Source of the DNA: Pyrinomonadaceae bacterium
GTDB taxonomy: Bacteria > Acidobacteriota > Blastocatellia > Pyrinomonadales > Pyrinomonadaceae
Assembly: GCA_013003215.1 (NCBI GenBank)
Contig: JABDKD010000164.1
Span: forward strand, 1-24,000
DNA length: 24,000 nucleotides
Direction: 5' to 3'
The notes beneath the pieces were generated by a model. That model did not search any database. It was not told the DNA's origin and worked only from the letters and a program-made list of their open reading frames with translations. Positions 8,217-17,632 of this stretch are shown here, piece by piece. The stretch's first letter is position 1; every line of letters starts with the position of its first letter. Position numbers and translations under genes: made by a program.

Positions 8217-9062
8217 CTACGCACTTTTCGCAGAAACCCATTTGATCTCCGAGAGGCCATAGGATTCGTAGAATCCTGCAGGGAGCGGAGCGAATCTTCT
8301 TGTTCCTGAATCGAACGCTATCTCACTCACCTCGGCAATTCCAAGACCTGCTGAGGTAAGAAACACGTGGTCAGCCTGGGACAATGCTTCAATTCCGGCC
8401 TCCACGAGTGAGACATACCATTTTTCCGCAATAAATGATCTTGTCGTTCCGGTGAGGCATCCCGTTTCAACCGGAGGAGTAAAAAACTTGCCGTCACGAA
8501 CCCAAAAAAGGTTCGCCATGCAGGCAGATACCAATTGGTACTTTTCGTTGAGACGAACAGCTTCATCGAAGCCGGCACGCAAAGCCGCGTCATAAGAGAT
8601 CGTTTGCTCGAGGTAATTGCACGTCTTGATGTTGTTCAAAGGTGCGGTTGAAGAGACCATAAACGGCGAAATGCCAAGTCTAAGTCCTTTTGGCCGAACC
8701 CGCCGGTCAGCCGTTTGAATCAAAACCGAGGACTTGAGCTCGGTGAGGCTCTTCCAAATCGCGGACGCGGACGAATCAAAAAGAGTGATCCGCGCCCTGC
8801 CCTCACCAACTTTGTTCTCTTGCAAAAGGGCGCTGAGGGATTCAATCAGTGAGTCGTGCGAAACCTGCTCGATCTCTATACCCAGCCGGGAAGCGTTCTC
8901 ATTGAGCCGGTGCCAATGCCTTTCGAAAAGAAACGGTTTTCGATCGATAATTGCGATGGTGGTGAAAACACCTTTGCCGTAGAGTCCTGAAACGGACACG
9001 GGCGACATCGAGGCGTCCTCCGACTTAATTATTTCGCTATTGAATGATACCAACCGATGCAT
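8217..9062 (-). CDS. pabC: Aminotransferase class IV (aminodeoxychorismate lyase/BCAT-like)
   Basis: 281 aa; VSVSGLYGKGVFTTIAI, FERHWHRLNENASRLGI, IKTCNYLEQTISYDAALRAGFDEAVRLNEKYQLVSACMANLFWVRDGKFFTPPVETGCLTGTTRSF are typical PLP class-IV motifs. The exact substrate is not assignable. Confidence 0.8.
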   Translation of the reverse strand: MHRLVSFNSEIIKSEDASMSPVSVSGLYGKGVFTTIAIIDRKPFLFERHWHRLNENASRLGIEIEQVSHDSLIESLSALLQENKVGEGRARITLFDSSASAIWKSLTELKSSVLIQTADRRVRPKGLRLGISPFMVSSTAPLNNIKTCNYLEQTISYDAALRAGFDEAVRLNEKYQLVSACMANLFWVRDGKFFTPPVETGCLTGTTRSFIAEKWYVSLVEAGIEALSQADHVFLTSAGLGIAEVSEIAFDSGTRRFAPLPAGFYESYGLSEIKWVSAKSA

Positions 9063-12058
9063 TAGCTGGCGGCCCTGTGGTCACTTTTTCGGGCAATCGG
9101 AAATATCAGTGTGAAGGTTGTACCCTTACCAACTTCACTGTTGGCAGTGATCGTCCCTGAGTGTTCCTGCACGATTCCGTATGAAACGGCCATTCCAAGG
9201 CCGGTTCCGCTACCAACGGATTTTGTTGTAAAGAATGGATCGTAAATCTTGTTGATGTCTTCTGGGTTGATGCCGCTGCCGTCGTCCTCAACCTCAATCA
9301 CAACCTCATTCTCATTGCGATAAGAGGTCCGCAGCGTAATCGATCCCTCACTAACGATCGCATCACGCGCGTTTATGACCAAATTCGTAAATACCTGCTG
9401 AAGCTTTCCTGCATCCCCGTGAATTACCGGTGGAACATCCGCATATTCCTTCATGATCGCAATTCGGGACTTCCTCATCTGGGGTTCAAGCAACTGGAGA
9501 GTGTCATCCAAGAGCTTATTTACATCGATATCTCCAAATTCGGAGAGATCTCCGGATCTGGAGAAATTCAGCAGATTTCCAACGATATTTGAAGCTCGAT
9601 CGGTCTGTTTTTGAACCTTTTTCAGGAGCTCGTGTTTCGGGTCGGTATCGGGAATCATCCCGAGCAGCATCTGGGTATAGCTCGAGACTCCCGTAAGAGG
9701 GGTATTCACTTCGTGCGCGACACCCGCCGCGAGAAGACCGATACTCGAAAGCTTCTCATTCTGCTGGAGACCATCCTCAAGTTTTACCCGGGAGGTAACA
9801 TTCTCGAGCAGGACAATAGCGCCCTCCTGGTCTTCAACCTCGGAACGCAATGGAGCAATTGCTACGTTCAGAATCAGTTCCTCACCGTCACTTCGCGATG
9901 TCCTGACCTTGTACGCGTTTCGAATGTCTGTCAGGCGCCAGCTTGATTTACCGAGAATGTTCTCCAACTTTGCAGCAAATCCTTCTTCAAATAGATCTGT
10001 AATCTCCCTGCCGACTGCTTCACGCCGATCAAAGCGGAACATATTTTCAAAGGATGTGTTGCAGCGGGTGATCGTCCCCTGATCGTTAACTGCAATCAAT
10101 CCTACATTTACAGACTCTACAATGGATTCATTGAATTCCTTGAGCAAAGCCATCTCCTCAGCCCTGTCTTCCTGTTCCTGGAGCAGGAGCGAGTTATCAA
10201 TAGCGACAGCAACGTACCCTGAAACTGTTTGCAAAATCCCGATGTCTTCGGAAGAAAGCAATGAGCCGTCCTTGGCACGCCCCAGACCGATCACAGCAAC
10301 CATTCGGCCTCTGACCACACATGGTACGAAGTAGTGGAGTTCCTGTCTGGCACTCTTACCGCCATTCTCGCCATTCGATCCGCCGCTACCGTTTATCGAT
10401 CCTGTCTTACCATTACCGCTCTCGATCTCGAGAAAAGCCATTTCATCCGCGCGGACCACGCCTTTCGCAGCAGACTTTTGCCGAATCATATTCCGGAAGT
10501 CACGCGGAATCTCGTAATCCTCGCTGAGTCCAACCGACTTGGCAATCCGATACTCTTCCGGCGCTGTGTAGTCTTCGACAAACACCGTCACCTTTTCTAC
10601 ATCGAGAACCTGCTGAAGCCTTTCAGCCAGACCATCCAACAAATGAGTAAGAGACGTCGTCGCCGAAAGTGTTCGCCCAAAATCGAGTAATCCACGACGC
10701 AGGTCATAGCGTTCGCCATAGAAGTACCGCTCGGTTCGCTCCTGCAAGAACTTCTTCAGCGGTTCCGACAAAAGCACGATCGCTCCCATCGCAACGACCG
10801 CGATAACACTTCTCAGAGCAATCTCGGTGTTTGAAAGATTCTCACCGATAAACAGGAATACAAGTCCCAAAGCGACTGCGCCGATCATCATAGCAATCGC
10901 CATTGTGGTCAAAGCGAATACCAGTGCCCTGCGGACCACTACATCCACGTCCATAAGCCTGTATCGGACAACAGAATGGCCAAAGCTGAGAGGGATAAGG
11001 GCAAGCGGCAATATCGTTAAAGAGGCTGTCAGACCATCTTCAGGCAAATAAATGATCCGTTTCGCAATCTGATAGGCAAACACGGGCAGCGCAGCAACGA
11101 TCGTTCCCCACATTGCCCATTTCAAACGTTGCCTAACCAGCGCATTCTTGTTTCCAAAGAAGCGCCACATCAATATCCCGGCGCCTATTGAAATACCACC
11201 AACGAAGTGCCAGAAGAAGCTCAGATTTAAGATAGAGAAAACGTCATTGGCGATTACGAAACCGTAAAGGCTGTCAGTGACCGCCCTGCTAGGGATCAAG
11301 TTATAGGCGAGCGAAAGGAATACATCCGCGACAACAAGGACCGCAGCTGGCACATAAAGCAAATAGGTCTTCCACTTCTGATCATCAAACACCTGGCTAC
11401 GAACCGGGTATCGAAGGCAAAAATGCAGAAAGAGCGGCACAAAGAAGGCGAACGCAATGTTGTCGATCAACTGGATGCCAAGGTCAAAATCCTCACCAAG
11501 TCCGAGGGGTTTGTAAGTGTGGAAAACAAAGGCAGCCAGGCAGAGCGTCGCAAAATGAAGTACAAACGGAGACCCGCTTCCCTGCTTGAACAATACAAAT
11601 ATACTGACCAAAAGCCAGATGCAGCCAACGATTGTCAGAAGTACAATGGTAGGAGTCCAACGGGGTTCGGTGTCAATGTTCTTGAGATCCGCGTTATAGA
11701 AATTATTCTCAAAAGTATAGCTTGGTCTTTGGAAGAAATACGTAAGACTTCCACCCGGGCCGGCGGTCTCCAAAAATATCTGTATGTCCTCGAGGCTGGT
11801 GATCTCTTGGATCTTTTCATCCTCAAGACCGATTCCGATCAGCCTGTCGCCGTTGGCTAGCCCGGCGCGGGCCGCCGCTAAATCAGGACGGACCTCTTTT
11901 GCGTATAATCCGCCATCCCGCATCTCCCAACTTACGCCGTCAGTTGGGGGCAGTTGCTTATACCCACGCTGAGTCAGGTTTAGGGCACCGCCAACAAAGA
12001 ACAGAACGGCAAAAAGCAGCCAAACCAGTCCCCAACTTGTAAGTACCTTACCCTTCAT
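9062..12058 (-). CDS. Sensor histidine kinase with PDZ-like extracytoplasmic region, multi-TM segment, GAF, PAS, HisKA and HATPase_c
   Basis: 998 aa; N-terminal TM then VRPDLAAARAGLANGDRLIGIG (PDZ-like); several hydrophobic helices; GAF-like block; PAS (ESVNVGLIAVNDQGTITRCNTSFENMF); H-box LLAAGVAHEVNTPLTGV; ATPase motifs DNGSGINPEDINKIYDPFFTTK-like and GSGTGLGMAVSYGIVQEHSGTI. Confidence 0.92.
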   Translation of the reverse strand: MKGKVLTSWGLVWLLFAVLFFVGGALNLTQRGYKQLPPTDGVSWEMRDGGLYAKEVRPDLAAARAGLANGDRLIGIGLEDEKIQEITSLEDIQIFLETAGPGGSLTYFFQRPSYTFENNFYNADLKNIDTEPRWTPTIVLLTIVGCIWLLVSIFVLFKQGSGSPFVLHFATLCLAAFVFHTYKPLGLGEDFDLGIQLIDNIAFAFFVPLFLHFCLRYPVRSQVFDDQKWKTYLLYVPAAVLVVADVFLSLAYNLIPSRAVTDSLYGFVIANDVFSILNLSFFWHFVGGISIGAGILMWRFFGNKNALVRQRLKWAMWGTIVAALPVFAYQIAKRIIYLPEDGLTASLTILPLALIPLSFGHSVVRYRLMDVDVVVRRALVFALTTMAIAMMIGAVALGLVFLFIGENLSNTEIALRSVIAVVAMGAIVLLSEPLKKFLQERTERYFYGERYDLRRGLLDFGRTLSATTSLTHLLDGLAERLQQVLDVEKVTVFVEDYTAPEEYRIAKSVGLSEDYEIPRDFRNMIRQKSAAKGVVRADEMAFLEIESGNGKTGSINGSGGSNGENGGKSARQELHYFVPCVVRGRMVAVIGLGRAKDGSLLSSEDIGILQTVSGYVAVAIDNSLLLQEQEDRAEEMALLKEFNESIVESVNVGLIAVNDQGTITRCNTSFENMFRFDRREAVGREITDLFEEGFAAKLENILGKSSWRLTDIRNAYKVRTSRSDGEELILNVAIAPLRSEVEDQEGAIVLLENVTSRVKLEDGLQQNEKLSSIGLLAAGVAHEVNTPLTGVSSYTQMLLGMIPDTDPKHELLKKVQKQTDRASNIVGNLLNFSRSGDLSEFGDIDVNKLLDDTLQLLEPQMRKSRIAIMKEYADVPPVIHGDAGKLQQVFTNLVINARDAIVSEGSITLRTSYRNENEVVIEVEDDGSGINPEDINKIYDPFFTTKSVGSGTGLGMAVSYGIVQEHSGTITANSEVGKGTTFTLIFPIARKSDHRAAS

Positions 12059-12223
12059 AATTTAGGCGAAATTACCCGAAAGAATAATGACGCAATATTT
12101 GTACCAGTAATTACCTCGTGCGATTTGACCCTAACCTCCCTACTTTCAATGTTTTCCAGTCGGTCAAATTGACATTCACAAACATTTCATCCAGAAAATG
12201 AACAAAAATCCAAGAATTTGGAC

Positions 12224-12250
12224 AAAAAAATGACCGCACAAATTGCGGCC
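12224..12250 (-). terminator. Probable rho-independent terminator for the minus-strand beta-barrel gene
   Basis: Minus strand reads GGCCGCAATTTGTGCGGTC followed by ATTTTTTTG; hairpin TGACCGCA...TGCGGCC plus a U-tract, about 80 nt after the stop codon. Confidence 0.65.
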
Positions 12251-12331
12251 GATCATGATTCCAAATTCTTTTTTCGCTATGAATAACCTCAATAACCAAG
12301 CGGCTATTCCTCCATTTTGTCGTGTCAGATA

Positions 12332-14113
12332 TCAGAACCTGACCAAAATACTTCCACGCACCATTCTTCGTTGCGAGCTAAGTGTAAGCGCTCCCTTGTC
12401 TCGGCCGACTCCACCGTTAAAATCGAATACGTTCCTGGCGTCAAGCGTCGCTTCTGCATCGATTGGAAGACCCCAACTTGGCAATTCCTGTGTAACAAGC
12501 ACACTCAAACCCGGATCATAAATTGCCAGTCGGCCCTCGAAAGGATCGATTGCAAAAACGGTCGCATCAGGCGAGAACCTGAAAACAGTGCTTACTGAAG
12601 TGCCCGTAGCAAAATCCGCTGAAAGTCTGCCGAAGACCGATTGGAAAAGACCGTCCTTAAAAAGTGAGGCTGGATCGGTAACTGCCTTATCGGAAAACTC
12701 TTGCCCGGTACCAAAAGCATAACCGCCGGAAGTACTGAACACTCCGCCAAGTCTGCGGTTAAGCACGACCCTCATTCCGGTTGCGCCGCCTTCCTGGCGT
12801 CCGACAAACCTCGAAAACGCATCGCCCGCCTCAAATGGCATCCGATCGATTCCGACCCCTCTGCCTTTCACGGTATCCAGAAACAGGTTCGCCTCAAGGT
12901 TAGTCCTGTTATCAAGTACCCTTTCGACTCCGATCTCAAAACGACTGCTGCGATTCATCTGCGGTTCACCTTCAACCACTGAGATATCATCGACCGCCGT
13001 TGGTTCGGCGAACAGTACCTGACTGCTTTCCAAAGCAATGACCTTACTCCATGAACGTTCTTCCGTCCTGGTCGTATAAGCTGAGCGTAAGCGCGTTTTG
13101 GAATCCAAATCATATTGGACCCCGATTCTGGGAGCTATAGAAGAAGCATCACCGGCTCCAATAAACCTGGAGTAATCGACACCGAAGAGGAGAACGATAC
13201 CTTCCTTAACCTTCCACTGATCTGTTGCCCGGAATGAAACCTGAGAGAGTTCGTCCTTGTTTTCCTCATTCAAGATCGAACCAATTTGCGAAACCGAACC
13301 CCGCAACTTAATCCTGTGGTCCTTGCCCGGCGAAAAGCTGAACTCTGTTTCAAGCCTGTTTCCCGCGTTTCGGCCTCTGCTAACCTGACCCGCAACCAGC
13401 AACTCCGAGGACTCTCCAACGGGCCTAAGAGTCGCGAAATTGATACCCTGTACCGCCCCGCGTTTTGAAGTGCCGGCAAATGACTCAATTACTGATGTCG
13501 ATTTACGCTCAACCTTGTCTATCGAATTCGAATCCGGCGCGACATCCAGTGTTGCGACGGTATCCTCGCTCACAGGTGTTTTTCCTTCGTCGATTTGATA
13601 AATCGATCTGCGAGCTGCTCGAATGGCCCACTTGGAACTCTTCCTGTCAGCACGTTTTTCCGGCAGTGTGTTACCGCGTCCGGCTCTTTCGAGCCTAAAA
13701 CCGTATACGAGCTCAGAAGACCTTTTTACACGAACCTTATTAAGGGTGACGGGGTTGAAGCCCTGCGCGACCGCGAGAACCGTGTAGGTTCCAGGAACGA
13801 TCTTGGCAAAGAATTTACCTGATTTGGTGGCAGTTACCTGTCTTAGAAGTTTGGAAGTGCCAAGCTTGAAAACCGCGACCGTCGCCCTGGAAATCGGTTT
13901 GCCGCGCTTATCACGTACCACACCCTTGATGATCCCGTATGTGCCGGCTTTTACAGAACCAGTTGTTTCAGGTGCAGGCTTTTCCGGAACGGGCGTCCCT
14001 GCAAATGCAGAATAGACCCCGCCCAGAGCGACGAATATCGTCAGCAGTTTTGTAATTCCTTTTCCTCGGCCGAACCCCATGAAAGGCGGGAACCTCCTGT
14101 AAAAACTACCCAA
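12332..14113 (-). CDS. Outer-membrane beta-barrel protein (TonB-receptor-like) with N-terminal carboxypeptidase-regulatory-like domain
   Basis: 593 aa; signal region LLTIFVALGGVYSAFAG; IIKGVVRDKRGKPISRATVAVFKLG...SGKFFAKIVPGTYTVLAVAQGF; repeated amphipathic strands; terminal RMVRGSILVRF. Confidence 0.8.
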   Translation of the reverse strand: MGSFYRRFPPFMGFGRGKGITKLLTIFVALGGVYSAFAGTPVPEKPAPETTGSVKAGTYGIIKGVVRDKRGKPISRATVAVFKLGTSKLLRQVTATKSGKFFAKIVPGTYTVLAVAQGFNPVTLNKVRVKRSSELVYGFRLERAGRGNTLPEKRADRKSSKWAIRAARRSIYQIDEGKTPVSEDTVATLDVAPDSNSIDKVERKSTSVIESFAGTSKRGAVQGINFATLRPVGESSELLVAGQVSRGRNAGNRLETEFSFSPGKDHRIKLRGSVSQIGSILNEENKDELSQVSFRATDQWKVKEGIVLLFGVDYSRFIGAGDASSIAPRIGVQYDLDSKTRLRSAYTTRTEERSWSKVIALESSQVLFAEPTAVDDISVVEGEPQMNRSSRFEIGVERVLDNRTNLEANLFLDTVKGRGVGIDRMPFEAGDAFSRFVGRQEGGATGMRVVLNRRLGGVFSTSGGYAFGTGQEFSDKAVTDPASLFKDGLFQSVFGRLSADFATGTSVSTVFRFSPDATVFAIDPFEGRLAIYDPGLSVLVTQELPSWGLPIDAEATLDARNVFDFNGGVGRDKGALTLSSQRRMVRGSILVRF

Positions 14114-14328
14114 GGAGAACTAATTCAGAAGCAGTAAAAATTATTCCAAGCGTGTCGTGTGTTTACACGATCTATCATTCTCTGTTCTTTAAATAAAAGT
14201 GTCAAGTTATAAAACGACCGCTATTTGGGGTGTAAGATGCCGTGAAACTTGACAAAGTTTGCCGAGCAACTAGAATGTTTCTTGCGATAAAATGCGGGTT
14301 GGAGCAGATCATACCGTGTTTTACCGAC

Positions 14329-14420
14329 GGAGATGTGGCTGAGTGGCTGAAAGCGGCGGTTTGCTAAATCGTTAAGGGTGTAACAGCCCTTCACAGGTTC
14401 GAATCCTGTCATCTCCGCCA
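14329..14420 (+). tRNA. tRNA-Ser (anticodon GCU), with encoded CCA
   Basis: Acceptor GGAGATG pairs with CATCTCC; anticodon loop TTGCTAA; long variable arm AAGGG...CCCTT; T-arm ACAGGTTCGAATCCTGT; 3' GCCA. Confidence 0.95.
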
Positions 14421-14529
14421 GCATATTTCAGACAAAATGAAACGAGCTGTCAAACTAGTGATTTGATGGCTTTTTGTCGTATTAGGACACGTTTGACGCT
14501 GCGGTTAAGACCGCTTAGAGAATAGCTTT

Positions 14530-16023
14530 ATGACTATCCGTGTAAGATTCGCGCCGAGCCCGACCGGTTATCTCCATATTGGTTCCGCAAGAACCGCCCT
14601 CTTTAATTATCTCTTCGCCCGACATACCGGCGGGAGCTTCCTGATCCGGGTCGAAGACACTGACCTTGAGCGCTCAACAGAAGAATCCACACGTTCGATT
14701 CTTGAAGGTCTCAAATGGCTGGGCTTTGAACCCGACGAGGAAATCGTCTTCCAGTCGGATAGTGCCGACAAACACCGGGAAGCGGCTCTCAGACTTCTTG
14801 CCGAAGGAAAAGCCTATCGAGATTTCACACCAAAAGAAGACCGTACAGGGAAAGATATAAAGCAGGAAATTGCAGATAAGGCACGAGAAAAAGGTGCTGA
14901 GAAAGATATGCGCGACAATCCATATCGCGATCTTCCGAAAGAAGAATCTGACAATCGCGCCGAAGCCGGTGAGCCGTTTGCGGTCAGGTTAAAGGTAGCG
15001 AAAGACGGAAAGACATCTTTTGAGGACGCGGTATACGGGTTGCAGGAACGTGACTATTCCGAAATCGAGGATCTTGTACTTCTGAGATCTGACGGGCATC
15101 CGCTCTATAACCTTGCAGTCGTTTGCGACGACATTGCCATGGGTATTACCGATGTCATTCGCGGACAGGACCACCTGACCAACACACACAAACAGATCTT
15201 GATCTATGAGTCGCTGGGCGAGGAAAAGCCAAACTTCGCACATCTACCATTGATTCTTGCACCGGGTGGCAAAAAGCTTTCAAAACGTCATCACGGAGAG
15301 ATCGTTGCATTAACGACCTATCGGGACCGAGGCTTTCTCGCCGCCGCGTTTAGAAACTATCTTGCACTCCTGGGGTGGTCTCCCAAAACCGAAGATGAGT
15401 TACTTGGCCTCGACGAGCTGATCAAAGTCTTTTCGCTTGAGGGCATAAACCGCTCAAATGCAGCATTTAACTTCGACGCGAACAATCCAAAACGGTGGAC
15501 CGACGACAAGGCGCTTTGGATGAACGCCGAGTACATAAGAACTTTGCCGGTTGATGAGTTGATCCCTCTTGTGCGTGAAGAACTACGTGGCGAGCAGCTT
15601 TGGCGCGAGGAATATGACGGAGAAGAACGTGAATGGTTCGAATCCACAATTGAACTCATACGGGAACGATTTTATACGCTGAAGGATTTTAGCGAGCAGG
15701 GCCGAGCGTTCTTTAGCGAAGATTTTGATTTTGATAAAAAAGCCATCGAAAAGAACCTTGGTAAACACCCTGACCTACGAGAGTGGTTACCCGCCCTGGC
15801 TGACAAGCTCGAAGCCATTGAGGATTTCACACATGACGGGATCTTTCCGGCAGTGAAAGAATTCTGCGCGGAAAAAGGCACAAAAGTGGGCGTCGTCTTA
15901 AATGGCGCGAGAGTTCTGCTTACAGGCCAGGCGGTCGGCCCCTCAATGGTTGCCGCGATCGAGCAGCTTGGGAAAGAAAAGACCGTGATGCGGCTACGGA
16001 GCCAGGTCGCGTGGAATGAATGA
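14530..16023 (+). CDS. gltX: Glutamate--tRNA ligase
   Basis: 497 aa; FAPSPTGYLHIGSARTALFNYLFA (HIGH motif), RVEDTDLERS, GGKKLSKRHHGE (KMSKS-equivalent). Confidence 0.97.
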   Translation: MTIRVRFAPSPTGYLHIGSARTALFNYLFARHTGGSFLIRVEDTDLERSTEESTRSILEGLKWLGFEPDEEIVFQSDSADKHREAALRLLAEGKAYRDFTPKEDRTGKDIKQEIADKAREKGAEKDMRDNPYRDLPKEESDNRAEAGEPFAVRLKVAKDGKTSFEDAVYGLQERDYSEIEDLVLLRSDGHPLYNLAVVCDDIAMGITDVIRGQDHLTNTHKQILIYESLGEEKPNFAHLPLILAPGGKKLSKRHHGEIVALTTYRDRGFLAAAFRNYLALLGWSPKTEDELLGLDELIKVFSLEGINRSNAAFNFDANNPKRWTDDKALWMNAEYIRTLPVDELIPLVREELRGEQLWREEYDGEEREWFESTIELIRERFYTLKDFSEQGRAFFSEDFDFDKKAIEKNLGKHPDLREWLPALADKLEAIEDFTHDGIFPAVKEFCAEKGTKVGVVLNGARVLLTGQAVGPSMVAAIEQLGKEKTVMRLRSQVAWNE

Positions 16024-16492
16024 AGCTGAAGTCTATTGGCTAATCGGCGGGATTATAGGTTTCCTCATAAAGGTGCTGCTGATCCTGGTGGTTTTCGTCT
16101 TCATTAGCGGCACCACCTATCTCTGCGTCAAAAACCGACGCAAATTCAAACGGAACTACGAAATCGCTTTTGATGGAAGAAAGTCCAGGAGCGAAGAGGA
16201 TTTCTATGACGAATTCTTCGCGGCCCGTGAAATTCCGAAAGACATTGCGATCAAGGTTCGTCGCCTTTTGGAAGATGAGCTAAATACAGACCTCTCACGG
16301 CTAAAGACAACCGATGATTTCTCCAAGAACCTTGGTTTTTTCTTCGAACACGACTCTTATGTCGATGTAGAAATCGTGATCAGGCTTGAAGAGGAATTCG
16401 GCATATCGATTACGGACGAAGAGGCGGCCGGCCTAAGGACTGTTGAGGATATCGTTTTGTTTGCGGCACAAAAAACAGAGGACCAGGACTAA
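16016..16492 (+). CDS. Membrane-anchored acyl-carrier-protein-like protein
   Basis: 158 aa; N-terminal TM (YWLIGGIIGFLIKVLLILVVFVFISGTTYL); C-terminal ACP-like FFFEHDSYVDVEIVIRLEEEFGISITDEEAAGLRTVEDIVLFA. Overlaps gltX by 8 nt. Confidence 0.7.
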   Translation: MNEAEVYWLIGGIIGFLIKVLLILVVFVFISGTTYLCVKNRRKFKRNYEIAFDGRKSRSEEDFYDEFFAAREIPKDIAIKVRRLLEDELNTDLSRLKTTDDFSKNLGFFFEHDSYVDVEIVIRLEEEFGISITDEEAAGLRTVEDIVLFAAQKTEDQD

Positions 16493-17436
16493 TTCTTTGT
16501 ATCCGTGGAGGGCTCATCGGACTCCGTCTCAGGGATTTCCTCAATATCGTGAGACTCAATCCCGGTTGAGAACTTGTTGTATTCAGAAAACGAAAACCGG
16601 ACCTTAACCGCCAGACGATTGAATTCATAGGGAAACTCCATGAAATTTAGTTCCGCGACCTTGGGAAACCAGTGGCCGTCCGACATTCGAATCTGTTGGT
16701 AATAGAAGACCCGGGCTTTGTTCCGTTCTTTCTCAGGCTTTGCGTTAAACTTCGCCAAGCCCCCAATCGGGAACGCTTCGACGCTTACAATCCGTTTGTC
16801 ATCTTCATCGATAACTATGATCCCTTCGATCTTACCCAGATAGAACAGGTCGCTTGTATATTTCTCTTCCGGATTCGGGTAGAACTCTAAGGAATACCCG
16901 GGCCTTCCACCAACAGTCAGCTGTTTCAAATTTGAAAACTGCACTGTTTTTAAAAGGCGGAAAAGATCAATCTTAAGCGCCTGGTCTCCAACGGTATTGG
17001 AATCAGCACGGAGAGTCATATACCCATCCGTATGACGCCCGATCTCCTCTTCTGATGGTTCCTCAGATTCGATTTCATCCAGCCTTTCGACAATTCGGTT
17101 TCGCTCGTTGACGATCTGCGAAGGCAACAACTTTCTAGTATTGTCGTAAACCAACAAAAGCGGATGACGGAATGAGTGGCTTCTTGGTACGTTTGTCGGC
17201 AGGAGTGCGCGATATCTGCGTCTAAGGGTGGATCTTCCGATTATCGAACGTTTTACACGCGTAAATTCCAGCTTATAGGTATAGCCGGACATGGCAGAAG
17301 GAGCCCCTTCGATTGCAGTCTCGGCGACTATTTCTTCGATATCTTCGGAACCCTGACCATACGCATTTGAAATCAGTATCAGGCAAAGCGTAAGTGGAAC
17401 CAGGACAGCATTAAAAATGGTTCGTTTCATCTTCAC
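16489..17436 (-). CDS. Secreted protein of unknown function
   Basis: 315 aa; signal peptide TIFNAVLVPLTLCLILISNAYGQG; no family confidently recognised. Confidence 0.75.
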   Translation of the reverse strand: MKMKRTIFNAVLVPLTLCLILISNAYGQGSEDIEEIVAETAIEGAPSAMSGYTYKLEFTRVKRSIIGRSTLRRRYRALLPTNVPRSHSFRHPLLLVYDNTRKLLPSQIVNERNRIVERLDEIESEEPSEEEIGRHTDGYMTLRADSNTVGDQALKIDLFRLLKTVQFSNLKQLTVGGRPGYSLEFYPNPEEKYTSDLFYLGKIEGIIVIDEDDKRIVSVEAFPIGGLAKFNAKPEKERNKARVFYYQQIRMSDGHWFPKVAELNFMEFPYEFNRLAVKVRFSFSEYNKFSTGIESHDIEEIPETESDEPSTDTKN

Positions 17437-17632
17437 AAAAACAAATTGCGTTTTAGAAACCCGAAATCCGGCTAAAAACAGGTCTGATTCCGGTTATCAT
17501 TGCCGAAAGCGAAGTGAATTTCAAGTTTTATCCGCCTGCGACAATTCCAGGTGCTGTCTAATTCCCTTAAAAAAATCGATTTGGTTTGCAACTTTTGACG
17601 CGATTGGCATTCTATAGAGAAAGGTAGCACTA

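Noticed and set aside
8017-8260. Short ORFs (73, 74 and 66 aa) over the arsS-pabC intergenic region
   Set aside because: Translations of the hairpin repeat cluster, such as the 66-aa ORF on +, not genuine proteins.
11423-11860. 145-aa + strand ORF antisense to the histidine kinase
   Set aside because: The kinase TM region on the minus strand explains the openness; no independent coding evidence.
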